Source: a virus (taxonomy: Duplodnaviria; Heunggongvirae; Uroviricota; Caudoviricetes). Taken from it: a stretch of DNA of 14,019 nt. Positions 1 to 8,186 of the stretch are shown in pieces. The notes beneath the pieces are model-generated. The model did not search any database and was not told where the DNA came from. It saw nothing but the letters and a program-made list of their open reading frames with translations. The DNA lies in the IMG/VR virus record IMGVR_UViG_2698536552_000015; one strand, written 5' to 3'. The first letter of the stretch is position 1. Every line of letters starts with the position of its first letter. Both the position numbers and the translations under genes were made by a program.

Positions 1-1236
1 CTACGATAACCGCGCATTCAACATGGCTACCTGTTCGTCGTTCATGTCATCAATCCACATACCGTAAATTTCATACACCATCTGCGCAGTTTCATGCCCC
101 ATCTGGCTGGCTATAAACGCCGGGTTCGCTCCTGCCGTCAACAGCCAGCAGGCAAAAGTATGCCGCGTATGGTACGGATTACGGCGGCGAATACCAGCAC
201 GTTTTACTGCTGCATTCCATCTCGCACCCAAACTGCTTACCGAGTAATAAGGTTTCTGTTTTCCGTTACACACTCTGGGCATGAAAACAAAATGCAGTTT
301 TTGCTTTTCGGTTCTGCCGTACTCCCGATGATAAAAAGTGATTTCGCTTTTGCGATGATGCCCGGTCAGTTTGTATTGCTCCTTCAGTGCTTCAAGAGCA
401 GGCTGCAGTAGTGTTACCGTCCGGATCCCCGCATTTGTTTTTGGGGGACCGAACATATCCAGTATCGTCAGGTTTCTTCTGACATTCACAACTCCCTTCT
501 CGAAATCCACATCCTCCCACGCCAGAGCAGCCAGTTCCCCGTGACGAAGCCCGGAGTATACGGCAAATTTCCACAAGTTCTGGCTCTGTCCTTTTTCACT
601 TTCCATTAATGCATTGAATTCTGTTTTAGATAACGGGTCAGGCTTTATTCTGTTTCTCTGTAATTTCTTTACTCCTTCAAATGGTTTGGTTGATATAAAT
701 CCCGACTGATACGCAAAACGTAACAACGAACAGAGCAGGGCGATATAGTTATCAACTGTGCGCACGGTTCTTCCTTTTTTGTTGGATCTTGGATTATCCA
801 GGTAAAGCGTTTCTCCATGCAGCAGTTCATTCCGGTAGTTTAAGATATCGCTATAACGAATATGCGATATCGGAGTACTCTCACAAATTATTATCCTGAG
901 TGTTTTTAATTGTGATTTCGTTTTCTTCATTGTGTTTGTTGTTAACTCTGTTTCTTTAATTTTTGTCCAGATATCACAAAGCTCCCCGAACGTTTTTATG
1001 ACCCTCGTTGTCACCATTTTTGCCCCAGTGCTGGACTGGGGAAAACGTCTTAAATACTCAAACTCACCGGAATTGATTTCATGAACTATCAACGCTCTTA
1101 AATTCCCGGCTTTTTTAATGTTACTGTTAGTAACCTCCCAGCCTTTCAATGTTTCCCGACATCGTTTTCCTCGAAACATGAACCAGATGCGAATGTATTT
1201 ACCTCGAATCTCGACACCTGTTGGTAATTTAGACAT
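1..1236 (-). CDS. intR: Rac-type prophage tyrosine integrase (411 aa), complete; stop codon is the first three bases of the window
   Basis: ORF track 1..1236 (-). Protein begins MSKLPTGVEIRGKYIRIWFMFRGKRCRETLKGW and ends in a tyrosine-recombinase C-terminal region (…NPYHTRHTFACWLLTAGANPAFIASQMGHETAQMVYEIY). Matches IntR of Rac as recalled. xis stop lies 1 nt upstream. Confidence 0.95.
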   Translation of the reverse strand: MSKLPTGVEIRGKYIRIWFMFRGKRCRETLKGWEVTNSNIKKAGNLRALIVHEINSGEFEYLRRFPQSSTGAKMVTTRVIKTFGELCDIWTKIKETELTTNTMKKTKSQLKTLRIIICESTPISHIRYSDILNYRNELLHGETLYLDNPRSNKKGRTVRTVDNYIALLCSLLRFAYQSGFISTKPFEGVKKLQRNRIKPDPLSKTEFNALMESEKGQSQNLWKFAVYSGLRHGELAALAWEDVDFEKGVVNVRRNLTILDMFGPPKTNAGIRTVTLLQPALEALKEQYKLTGHHRKSEITFYHREYGRTEKQKLHFVFMPRVCNGKQKPYYSVSSLGARWNAAVKRAGIRRRNPYHTRHTFACWLLTAGANPAFIASQMGHETAQMVYEIYGMWIDDMNDEQVAMLNARLS

Positions 1237-1237
1237 A

Positions 1238-1453
1238 TCATGAGTCTTTGATAAACTGATTTATCTTTGGATAGTTATACCAGATAATCCCTCGCTTACT
1301 GTCTGGCTTCCCTAAAGGAGATACTCGTTTGAAGTGGAAGCCTTCCACCCAACAGTTCTGGCGGTATGCTTCAATTTGTCTGGCCCCCAGACCAGTGCGA
1401 AGCATCAGGCCGTATTCAACCATCCACTCTTCATTAAAGATTACTTGTGCCAT
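1238..1453 (-). CDS. xisR: Excisionase-like protein (71 aa)
   Basis: In-frame ATG at 1453 within ORF 1238..1477 gives [71 protein letters not shown], which I recall as YdaQ/XisR. Sits immediately upstream of int (xis-int arrangement). The longer start at 1477 is possible. Confidence 0.85.
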   Translation of the reverse strand: MAQVIFNEEWMVEYGLMLRTGLGARQIEAYRQNCWVEGFHFKRVSPLGKPDSKRGIIWYNYPKINQFIKDS

Positions 1454-1552
1454 CGCATCACCTCTGGCAGGCGCCAATGTTAGACTTAAATTGACGCCCG
1501 ATGTTGATTATTAATAATCAGCTATGAAGTTTTAATTTGAATACAATGCAAT

Positions 1553-1741
1553 TCACGAGGACTGAAGTTTCTCGCAATTAAAATTTATCAGTTTTACTTT
1601 CTGCTCTCTGGAAACGCCTGCTTCTTTTTTACCTGAGAGCATTTTTTCGCATTCTGATTTCGTTAGTTTAGATTTTGAATATCTTGTCCAGTTAGTAGGA
1701 GTGCCACCTTCCTTTTCAATAGTGGCGGTAATTTTATACAT
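1553..1741 (-). CDS. ydaC: Small Rac prophage protein YdaC/RcbA-like (62 aa)
   Basis: ATG at 1741 (MYKITATIEKEGGTPTNWTRYSKSKLTKSECEKMLSGKKEAGVSREQKVKLINFNCEKLQSS) inside ORF 1553..1813. The start overlaps the 3' end of the ralR frame by 8 nt. Confidence 0.7.
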   Translation of the reverse strand: MYKITATIEKEGGTPTNWTRYSKSKLTKSECEKMLSGKKEAGVSREQKVKLINFNCEKLQSS

Positions 1742-1928
1742 GAACACCTCCATTATTATTTCCAGTGGTTCGTTTATTTCATCGTTCGAGTGCTTCTTTT
1801 TCACTTCCACCATAACCGGTTCGGGATTCGCATCCGTTACACTTCGCTCGGTAATATCCTGAAATGGCTTTCACCGTTACTGATGGACAACCACAAAATG
1901 GACATGGTTTAACATTGTCATATCTCAT
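1734..1928 (-). pseudogene. ralR: ralR-like gene (restriction alleviation / type I toxin) with an in-frame TGA at codon 50; 49-aa product if terminated, 64 codons if read through
   Basis: Hand translation of the minus strand from ATG 1926-1928: MRYDNVKPCPFCGCPSVTVKAISGYYRAKCNGCESRTGYGGSEKEALER, then TGA (plus 1779-1781), then in frame NKRTTGNNNGGVHV and TAA at 1734-1736. Absent from the ORF track because it is under 60 aa. The in-frame tail matches the RalR C-terminus as I recall it. Confidence 0.55.
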
Positions 1929-1956
1929 AATTTTTCTCATAAAAATATTTCAAGTT

Positions 1957-1975
1957 GGCGGTGCATTACACCGCC
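1957..1975. other. Perfect 7-bp inverted repeat GGCGGTG-catta-CACCGCC between the recT stop and ralR start
   Basis: Read directly from the sequence. On the minus strand the U-rich tract starts about 9 nt after the stem, so this is not a canonical intrinsic terminator. Confidence 0.3.
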
Positions 1976-1983
1976 AGGCTGAA

Positions 1984-2793
1984 TTATTCCTCTGAATTAT
2001 CGATTACACTGTATTCCCCGGTTAATACAGAGGAATCTGCAGGATCGATTGTCAGTGGTTCCTTTTCATCCATTGATACTGCACGCTGGATCTCAATTGA
2101 TACGGGCAGATATTTGAACAGGCGACGAATAGCCGTTTTCTTTGCCATTTCTTCCCAGTGAGTTACCCACGGCCCGTTATTACCAGCTTTACTCTGGCTG
2201 CGCACCAGCTCAATCTGTTTGCGCGTCATAACTTCAAACTGAGTACCTCCGTCTTTCAGTCTTGCGACAGCATAGACGTGGGTAACAGGGGCATCTTCGT
2301 TTTCTCCTGGGCGGTGTATTAACTTTTCATCAAGGCCAAATTCGAAATTAAACTCGTCACCTTCACGGACAACACGGGCTGACAGGCTGGCGATTTGACC
2401 TGAACGGCGAGCCAGATCAATCATGCCGCGATAGCCAATGATTAGCTGAACGTTTTTTTTACCGCTCTTTTCGTTTTTATTACCAAAAGGCAGTAAATAT
2501 GCATGACCGAGGGCGCTACCGGGCTCAAGTCCGAGCTGTGAACACTGTACGATTGCACTGACAAAACTCATAGTGTCACAGTTTCCTAACGCCGGAACTT
2601 TACGAATTTCTGTGGTGGCGATACGGATCATACGTTCAGCCGTCATATGGCGTGGAAGAGCTGCTGCCAGTTGCTCTTTCATTGATGGCTGGTTAATAAA
2701 ACTAATCACGTCGTTATTTTTAATTGCTGCTGGTGCACGGTTTCCCTGAGTTTTTTGCAGATCGGCTTTTGCGATTGGTGGTTGCTTAGTCAT
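1984..2793 (-). CDS. recT: RecT single-strand annealing recombinase (269 aa)
   Basis: ORF 1984..2850; internal ATG at 2793 gives [41 protein letters not shown]…SVIDNSEE, recognised as RecT. AAGGAA Shine-Dalgarno 7 nt upstream. The start overlaps the recE stop by 8 nt. Confidence 0.95.
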   Translation of the reverse strand: MTKQPPIAKADLQKTQGNRAPAAIKNNDVISFINQPSMKEQLAAALPRHMTAERMIRIATTEIRKVPALGNCDTMSFVSAIVQCSQLGLEPGSALGHAYLLPFGNKNEKSGKKNVQLIIGYRGMIDLARRSGQIASLSARVVREGDEFNFEFGLDEKLIHRPGENEDAPVTHVYAVARLKDGGTQFEVMTRKQIELVRSQSKAGNNGPWVTHWEEMAKKTAIRRLFKYLPVSIEIQRAVSMDEKEPLTIDPADSSVLTGEYSVIDNSEE

Positions 2794-5386
2794 TTGCATA
2801 TTCCTTAGCCCAGCGGGGCAGTGATAACGTCTTAATAGCTGGCCATTCATCGGTATTGAGGCAGTCAGCCAGGGTTCGCAGATTGCGGTGATATTCCAGC
2901 TGACCTGCCAGTTTTGCTTCTTCGCCCATCATGAAAATTTCAACCGGATAACGTCCGCATTCAATAGTTGTGCTGGCAACCAGAAAAACGAAAGTTGGCT
3001 GCACTCCAAACTGTGCTTCATAACCGTCACTGTAGAATGCATCCTGAACGTGATAGCGGTAGTCGTAATAAGCGGTTTTGAATCGTTGAATATCCGCCGT
3101 AGTTTTCACGTCCATGATCCAGTGAAATTCAGGGATAATTTTGTCCGGACGGCACCGACACAAAATTGCTGTTTCAGGATCTTCCCAGTAAATTGATGAT
3201 TCAGCGTGTCCGGCGCTTTCAACAAGCCATTGCCCCAGCGGCAAAGCCATAACGCTCTGATACATGAGTTCAATTTTCCGGCCTTCTTCGGCAGTGATAA
3301 CCGTTTTTCCTGTGCTTGCGCATTCCCTCAGAAACGCTTTCTCTTCTTCTTTTCCGGAGTTTGTCCGGCGGTTAAATTCAGGTGCTACGATAAAGCGGTT
3401 ACTGAATTCTTCCGGCTCAAGTACCCGGCAGTGGAAAGCGGTTCCTAAATCGAGCGTTTTTGTCTTTGTGGTGTCCACGGGGGCATTTTTACGCCACAAA
3501 TACAGTGCCGGAGTATCAGCAATGTCATCGAGCTGAGACTTACTGACACCGGGACCCGCGTGGTAATTCTCATTCGAAATTCCGTAATAAATACCTGGCT
3601 CTATGTCTTCTACGATTACGGGATCTGCGACTTCGCCAGTTTCATCACTGCAATCGCGATGCGGATCGCTGCCAGCATTCTCATTGTGCGGATGTTCAGC
3701 GCCTTCCATTTCCTCCGGATCATTTTCCTTAGCTTCAACCTGACTCTCTTCATCGAATGTTTCCTGGTATGTTGCGTCGCCCATCACCGCACCACAGTCA
3801 GGGCAGTTATCCCCGCCAGTCTGGCCGCAGGCATTGCAGGCTATTTCCGGTTCCTGTTGCACTACTGGCTCAGGTTGATTCATATCCGGGCTGGTTTTTT
3901 CCGTTTCTGGCTGGTTCTGGTACACACAATCGCGAGTCTGGATCCCCTTTACCCATTTCGGATCGTTCGGGTCGCTAATTCCGTCAACAAATTCACCACG
4001 TGATGCAGCAAGCAATTTATCGGCATCGACAGGATTTTTTGATGGAATGTTTTTCCGGGCTTCATGGAGTTCTGCCCGCAGTTCCTGATATTTCGCATCA
4101 ACAGAATTTACCTGTGACTGAGCATCCAGCGGCTGCGTGTCCTGATGATGTTCAGTTGCGTCCGGTTCCATTGTTTCAGCCTCTCCCTGTTCAACTGCCG
4201 TTGTTCCAGATGGTTGCGGTTTTTCTTCATCATCCTGTTTTCCTTCTTCTGTTACTCGCTGCGGCATCGGGGCAGAGGAGCGACCGCAGGCAATATCCAC
4301 GATTTCCGGATCAGGGTTGGCATGATCGGTTTCAGTCAGTACTTTGTTCAGATATTCAGTGACGTGCGCGGGGATGACCTCGATCCCAATTGGTGCTTCT
4401 TTTACGGACGCAACCACGATGGCGCGGGAATAATCCAGCCCGCCAGGCATGGTGATGAATTTGTCGCGGAAAACAGAAAAGGGCGGTTTATTTTCAGCGA
4501 TAATTTCCTCAATGCGTTTAGCGTGTGCCGGATGAAGGTTATAGATGTCCAGATCCATTGAACGGGCCAGTACGCCAGTGGCTACGTCCCGCGCCAGTGA
4601 CGTCAGATCGTGTACGAAACCTTCGCCGCGATCGGTGAGGTTTCCGCCGCCAGCATTAGCACCGGAAGCCGTGCGAGTGATGTGTGAAACACGATTACCC
4701 TTCATCCACTCTTTTGTCAGCAGTCCTCGATCGGTGTAGTCAGCGTTCAGGTATGCTTCGAAAAAAGCAGTTATCAGTCCCAGGTTTGAATTACCAGGAT
4801 TAGGGAAAACTTTGTCAGTGTCACGAACCAGTTTGTGGAGTTCGCGAATTTCCAGCGGGTCGAGCAGGCTGGTTTTGTGGGAAACAGCCAGGGCAGTAAC
4901 AGCCGGTAGTTCTTCAGCCCGAGCAATGTGTAATGCCTGGAGTCCGTCGCGTGAAACGTGCGTTACCGGTTTTTCGCTGCCGTGTTGAGCAAGCCAACGA
5001 ATGGGCAGTTCCTGGCCAGAAATTGGGAGTAGCATATTCTCCTCAATCTCAGTCATGTCTTCGCCGTTGACGTTGGTATTGCCTTGATAGTGAGCGTTGT
5101 CTGGTGCTGCTCCCGGTTTTAGTTCCCATGTCATGGAGTCTTTGCTGAGTTGATAGCGTTCACTCCAGGTAAAATCGATCTCACCTTCAGCGGGCAGGTC
5201 ATTAACGACAGGAAAATTCGTGGCAACAGCTTTAAAATAGCTGCTCAGTTTTTTACCTGACTTAACGATCAGGTAGTCCAGAGTGGCACAGGTCGATTCA
5301 AAATCGTTGCTTGCCCACAGGACGACGTCAGGTTCACCGGATGATTTTTTCGCTTTCCGTAACAGGAAGAGTGGTTTTGTGCTCAT
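2786..5386 (-). CDS. recE: Exodeoxyribonuclease VIII RecE (866 aa)
   Basis: ORF track 2786..5386 (-), 866 aa, [33 protein letters not shown]… with an acidic low-complexity middle and a C-terminal nuclease domain. Matches RecE of Rac in length and sequence as recalled. Confidence 0.95.
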   Translation of the reverse strand: MSTKPLFLLRKAKKSSGEPDVVLWASNDFESTCATLDYLIVKSGKKLSSYFKAVATNFPVVNDLPAEGEIDFTWSERYQLSKDSMTWELKPGAAPDNAHYQGNTNVNGEDMTEIEENMLLPISGQELPIRWLAQHGSEKPVTHVSRDGLQALHIARAEELPAVTALAVSHKTSLLDPLEIRELHKLVRDTDKVFPNPGNSNLGLITAFFEAYLNADYTDRGLLTKEWMKGNRVSHITRTASGANAGGGNLTDRGEGFVHDLTSLARDVATGVLARSMDLDIYNLHPAHAKRIEEIIAENKPPFSVFRDKFITMPGGLDYSRAIVVASVKEAPIGIEVIPAHVTEYLNKVLTETDHANPDPEIVDIACGRSSAPMPQRVTEEGKQDDEEKPQPSGTTAVEQGEAETMEPDATEHHQDTQPLDAQSQVNSVDAKYQELRAELHEARKNIPSKNPVDADKLLAASRGEFVDGISDPNDPKWVKGIQTRDCVYQNQPETEKTSPDMNQPEPVVQQEPEIACNACGQTGGDNCPDCGAVMGDATYQETFDEESQVEAKENDPEEMEGAEHPHNENAGSDPHRDCSDETGEVADPVIVEDIEPGIYYGISNENYHAGPGVSKSQLDDIADTPALYLWRKNAPVDTTKTKTLDLGTAFHCRVLEPEEFSNRFIVAPEFNRRTNSGKEEEKAFLRECASTGKTVITAEEGRKIELMYQSVMALPLGQWLVESAGHAESSIYWEDPETAILCRCRPDKIIPEFHWIMDVKTTADIQRFKTAYYDYRYHVQDAFYSDGYEAQFGVQPTFVFLVASTTIECGRYPVEIFMMGEEAKLAGQLEYHRNLRTLADCLNTDEWPAIKTLSLPRWAKEYAND

Positions 5387-5459
5387 TGTTTTTTAACCTC
5401 AACTCAGATTAAAATTCGTTTTGTTCAGTGAATGATCTTGCCGGATACACACTGTTCAT

Positions 5460-5480
5460 AGCCTGCGCCATACGCAGGCT
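5460..5480. other. 8-bp perfect inverted repeat AGCCTGCG-ccata-CGCAGGCT in the racC-recE intergenic region
   Basis: Read directly from the sequence. Lies 7 nt downstream of the racC stop on the minus-strand transcript and is followed on the plus strand by ATTTCTTTCA. Candidate RNA stem-loop or weak terminator. Confidence 0.3.
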
Positions 5481-5487
5481 ATTTCTT

Positions 5488-5763
5488 TCAGATTTCACCT
5501 TTTAATTTCATTGCAATTAGAGTTGCCAGAAATTCGGCTTTTTTTTCTGCGGGCAGATTCTTTCCGATATGCACCAGGCACATTTTTTTGACACCTTCAT
5601 CAAGTGTTTTTACGTTGCCTGATGGACCATCGATATCAACCACAGTGAATGGGGTTTCTTTATTTTCTGTTTTAATTACGTAGCCAATGCGCTTTCCTTC
5701 CAGATTCACCTCGTGAACAATGTCATCGGTAGTTACAACAGTGGCTTCATAATTGGTAATCAT
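5488..5763 (-). CDS. racC: Rac prophage protein RacC (91 aa)
   Basis: Internal ATG at 5763 in ORF 5488..5811 gives MITNYEATVVTTDDIVHEVNLEGKRIGYVIKTENKETPF…KLKGEI. AAGGAGAAA Shine-Dalgarno upstream. Confidence 0.85.
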   Translation of the reverse strand: MITNYEATVVTTDDIVHEVNLEGKRIGYVIKTENKETPFTVVDIDGPSGNVKTLDEGVKKMCLVHIGKNLPAEKKAEFLATLIAMKLKGEI

Positions 5764-5837
5764 GTTTTTCTCCTTAATTAAGGTTGAGCGAATACCTGCC
5801 ATTTCTGGCATAAATTCAGTTTCGAATAGTCAATTAA

Positions 5838-6008
5838 TTAAAGTTCATGTGCCATCTGGTCTTTTTCGGCACAAGCTTCACTGCAATATTTTCTCGGTTC
5901 GTCTTTTGATAAAATCCCGTGCATGAAGTGAAGCATTCTTTCAATAGCTTTGCTTTCTTCAACGTCTTTTTTGCAAAGGTGGTAAGCACATTTTATTTTC
6001 TTAGTCAT
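5838..6008 (-). CDS. ydaE: Small Cys-rich protein YdaE (56 aa)
   Basis: Hand-translated minus-strand [59 protein letters not shown]. Not in the ORF track (under 60 aa). Its ATG overlaps the kilR stop as ATGA. Confidence 0.75.
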   Translation of the reverse strand: MTKKIKCAYHLCKKDVEESKAIERMLHFMHGILSKDEPRKYCSEACAEKDQMAHEL

Positions 6009-6229
6009 CACCATGACTCCGCCTTTACAGGTAAACCATCACGACCGAGGAAGACTTTAATCATGCGGTCAGTAATGCATGTTTTTGTGGTCAGGTTACG
6101 AATATATAGTTTTCGCTTTTTAATATTGTTTGCCGAGGCAATATATGTCCGGCCTTCATGAAGAACATAATCGCCAGGAGTCACACACTGACGTGGTATT
6201 TCATCAGTTCCGAAGTGATGTGCAATCAT
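6008..6229 (-). CDS. kilR: Killing protein KilR, FtsZ-targeting cell-division inhibitor (73 aa)
   Basis: ATG at 6229 in ORF 6008..6241 gives [77 protein letters not shown] Shine-Dalgarno 6 nt upstream. Confidence 0.85.
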   Translation of the reverse strand: MIAHHFGTDEIPRQCVTPGDYVLHEGRTYIASANNIKKRKLYIRNLTTKTCITDRMIKVFLGRDGLPVKAESW

Positions 6230-6410
6230 AATTATCTCCATTTTTACAAATGAACTTTGTTGATGCGGTGCCTGGTGCCTCCAGGTGACTGCAACCAGTT
6301 AACAATTACAGTCGGCTTTCCCACCCAAACCAATAAGGACTAACATGACTTTTAACTGTGCCACGTGCGCTTAGCCGCATTCACCGCATCACAAAATTCA
6401 CTTTAAAAAG

Positions 6411-6452
6411 GGCGGACATCAGCCGAACTTCAAGAAAAAAACTGATGCCGCC
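6411..6452. promoter_or_regulatory. Imperfect inverted repeat GGCGGACATCAG-N19-CTGATGCCGCC in the kilR/sieB divergent intergenic region
   Basis: Read directly: arms at 6411-6422 and 6442-6452 are complementary apart from a 1-nt bulge. Candidate protein-binding site or RNA structure near the presumed early-left promoter. Confidence 0.3.
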
Positions 6453-6670
6453 AGGACTACACACAGCAATGTCGTTATTTACAACCGGAGGCGCACTCCC
6501 ACCATTTAAATTTAACAGACAAGACCGACTCTTTATGGATATCGGAAATGCGCCTTCGTGTTGTGCCCGGTTTTATTTCACCACCTCCGGGCTTCGGTGG
6601 TCTCGGCTATACCCCTACAGCGAGAGCTTGTGTTAACATTTCAATACCCTTACAGTTGAGAGTTATTGAT

Positions 6671-7159
6671 ATGTTGGATGTATTTACTCCATTGTTGAAA
6701 CTTTTTGCTAACGAGCCACTCGAAATACTTATGTATACGATTATCATTTTTGGTCTCACTCTCTGGCTGATACCGAAAGAGTTTACTGTCGCATTCAATG
6801 CTTATACTGAAATACCTTGGCTCTTTCAGATTATCGTTTTTGCCTTTTCTTTCGTGGTCGCCATTTCCTTCTCAAGATTGCGAGCACATATTCAAAAGCA
6901 TTATTCATTACTACCAGAGCAACGAGTATTGCTTCGTTTATCTGAGAAAGAAATCGCTGTATTTAAAGATTTCCTTAAAACAGGAAATCTTATTATCACT
7001 TCTCCTTGCCGTAACCCGGTTATGAAAAAATTAGAACGGAAGGGCATCATTCAACATCAGAGTGATAGCGCAAACTGTTCTTATTATCTCGTCACCGAAA
7101 AATACTCCCATTTTATGAAGTTATTCTGGAACAGCAGGAGTAGACGTTTTAATCGTTAG
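6671..7159 (+). CDS. sieB: Superinfection exclusion protein SieB (162 aa), membrane protein
   Basis: ATG at 6671 in ORF 6548..7159 gives MLDVFTPLLKLFANEPLEILMYTIIIFGLTLWLIPKEF… with hydrophobic N-terminal segments. Matches SieB as recalled. Confidence 0.85.
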   Translation: MLDVFTPLLKLFANEPLEILMYTIIIFGLTLWLIPKEFTVAFNAYTEIPWLFQIIVFAFSFVVAISFSRLRAHIQKHYSLLPEQRVLLRLSEKEIAVFKDFLKTGNLIITSPCRNPVMKKLERKGIIQHQSDSANCSYYLVTEKYSHFMKLFWNSRSRRFNR

Positions 7160-7311
7160 CTTACTGTGTGCTTCTCCAACCATCGGCGCGCACCAGTTTC
7201 GGTTTTAAATGTTTTGCTTTTGGTATACGTCATGGCAGTGAACGTTCCATCCTGGTTGGGGAACACGCCGCACACCAGGGATTCGTTGTTGCCGAGGTCG
7301 ATTTTTTGCAT
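7156..7311 (-). CDS. ydaF: Small protein YdaF-like (51 aa)
   Basis: Hand-translated minus-strand ORF MQKIDLGNNESLVCGVFPNQDGTFTAMTYTKSKTFKTETGARRWLEKHTVS (ATG 7309-7311, TAA 7156-7158). Not in the ORF track. Its 3' end overlaps the sieB stop convergently by 4 nt. Assignment to ydaF rests on length and position. Confidence 0.55.
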   Translation of the reverse strand: MQKIDLGNNESLVCGVFPNQDGTFTAMTYTKSKTFKTETGARRWLEKHTVS

Positions 7312-7321
7312 TTTGCGAATC

Positions 7322-7456
7322 TCACATCTTGTTGCTGTGTATAGCGACTTCTGCCTGCCAGAGATCCCAGTCGTTGCTGCGTAAAGCCTGCACAGCCTGG
7401 TTGTAAGTGATACCGCAACAATCCATCAAATACTGAACTACTTCGTAATGCACCAT
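7322..7456 (-). CDS. ydaG: Small protein YdaG-like (44 aa)
   Basis: Internal ATG at 7456 in ORF 7322..7504 gives MVHYEVVQYLMDCCGITYNQAVQALRSNDWDLWQAEVAIHSNKM. GGGGAGAG Shine-Dalgarno 6 nt upstream. Confidence 0.6.
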   Translation of the reverse strand: MVHYEVVQYLMDCCGITYNQAVQALRSNDWDLWQAEVAIHSNKM

Positions 7457-7624
7457 CTTATCTCTCCCCTTAACGCCGGGTGGCGGAACTGAAACCTGCT
7501 GCACTGCAAAATCTGAACCCTGCCGTCATGTTCATACGCCTCGGGCTGGCTACTTAACCCCTGACCACTGCCTGGTAACTCGAAGTATTGCCCTGCGTTC
7601 TGTGGGGCGGGGTGGGTTGGTAGG

Positions 7625-7680
7625 TATATAATGTACTTTGTGTTCATTGATGTAAAGTACTATAAGTACATTTTGTGTGT
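7625..7680. promoter_or_regulatory. Cluster of GTAC-core repeats with promoter-like hexamers downstream of the racR stop; candidate operator/promoter region (OL-like)
   Basis: Plus-strand TATATAAT at 7625-7632; ATGTACT at 7631-7637; AAGTACT at 7655-7661; AGTACAT at 7665-7671; TTTGTGT follows two of the copies. On the minus strand, TTTACA-N17/19-CATTAT/TTATAT could drive ydaG-ydaF. Confidence 0.3.
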
Positions 7681-7746
7681 AAAAAAATGAGATGGGATAA
7701 AGTGAAGCACAAACCCGGAGGGGGACGCTACCGGATTTATGCTGGT

Positions 7747-8184
7747 TTAAGAGGCTTTTTGTTTTTTCTTTCGTGCTAGCTCTTCGTAAATTGCATTGTA
7801 CTTCTGTTTTTTCTCCTCAAGAGTTTTTAAAAGTTCATCTGTCTCACTGTCAGGGAGCTCGTCCAGAAGGTCAATGATGATTTTTTGTCTTGGATTTAAC
7901 TCCTGATAGAAACGTACCTGTCCACTTTCTTCTGTATCCTCTCCCAAAAGATAGGTTGGTGTTGTTCCAATGAGTGTTGCTAATTCCCTTAATTTCTCTC
8001 GGCGAGGAATTGTTTCGCCATTAAACCATTTGCTAACCGCTTTTGGTGTTAATTTCATTCGACGGGCAATTTCTGCCTGCCTTCCATGTTGTTCATAACC
8101 AGCGTTTTCACAGGCTAGCGCAAGCCTACTGGCGAACTCTTTACGCGCTTTATCTTCATGAACCATAAGTTCAATGATATTCAC
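7747..8184 (-). CDS. racR: Prophage repressor RacR (XRE/cI-type helix-turn-helix), 145 aa from GTG 8184 or 139 aa from ATG 8166
   Basis: ORF 7747..8184: MNIIELMVHEDKARKEFASRLALACENAGYEQHGRQAEIARRMKLTPKAVSKWFNGETIPRREKLRELATLIG… (HTH), acidic/basic C-terminus. No clear Shine-Dalgarno, consistent with a short-leader or leaderless repressor mRNA. Confidence 0.85.
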   Translation of the reverse strand: MNIIELMVHEDKARKEFASRLALACENAGYEQHGRQAEIARRMKLTPKAVSKWFNGETIPRREKLRELATLIGTTPTYLLGEDTEESGQVRFYQELNPRQKIIIDLLDELPDSETDELLKTLEEKKQKYNAIYEELARKKKQKAS

Positions 8185-8186
8185 TC

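Noticed and set aside
94-574. Plus-strand ORF 94..411 and minus-strand ORF 392..574
   Set aside because: Both lie entirely inside the well-supported integrase gene (the minus-strand one in an alternative frame); no Shine-Dalgarno; Cys/Arg-rich composition typical of out-of-frame or antisense shadows.
1329-1514. Plus-strand ORF 1329..1514 (61 aa)
   Set aside because: Antisense to xisR; no ribosome-binding site; shadow ORF.
1553-1813. Long form of the ydaC ORF (86 aa from 1813)
   Set aside because: The N-terminal 24 codons overlap the ralR frame. The ATG at 1741 matches the YdaC N-terminus as recalled, so the extension is not used.
1955-2161. Plus-strand ORF 1955..2161 (68 aa)
   Set aside because: Antisense to the recT 3' end; low-complexity Ser-rich; shadow ORF.
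1984-2850. Extended 288-aa form of recT starting at 2850
   Set aside because: The extension overlaps the recE C-terminus in another frame. The ATG at 2793 has an AAGGAA Shine-Dalgarno and gives the canonical 269-aa RecT.
2888-4739. Seven plus-strand ORFs inside recE (2888..3196, 3206..3448, 3264..3536, 3560..4003, 3757..3978, 4000..4362, 4145..4561, 4545..4739)
   Set aside because: All are antisense to a gene with clear RecE identity, lack start signals and have biased composition; they are created by the long stop-free antisense of recE.
5387-5487. Hairpin 5460-5480 called as a rho-independent terminator for the leftward operon
   Set aside because: On the minus-strand transcript the stem is not followed by a U-tract, so it is listed as a structure of unknown role rather than a terminator.
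5919-6161. Plus-strand ORF 5919..6161 (80 aa)
   Set aside because: Antisense to ydaE and kilR; shadow ORF.
6358-6798. ORFs 6358..6636 (+), 6548..6670 (N-terminal extension of sieB) and 6607..6798 (-)
   Set aside because: They fall in the structured intergenic region or antisense to sieB. The sieB ATG at 6671 matches the known N-terminus; no Shine-Dalgarno for the others.
6798-7025. Plus-strand ORF 6798..7025 (75 aa)
   Set aside because: Alternative frame inside sieB; no independent support.
7166-7421. ORFs 7166..7384 (+) and 7230..7421 (-)
   Set aside because: They overlap the better-supported ydaF and ydaG reading frames, in antisense or in an alternative frame.
7438-7647. Minus-strand ORF 7438..7647 (69 aa) in the racR-ydaG spacer
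   Set aside because: Pro/Gly/Gln-rich composition unlike neighbouring proteins, no Shine-Dalgarno, and it covers the operator-like repeat cluster; more likely regulatory DNA than a gene. Not fully excluded.
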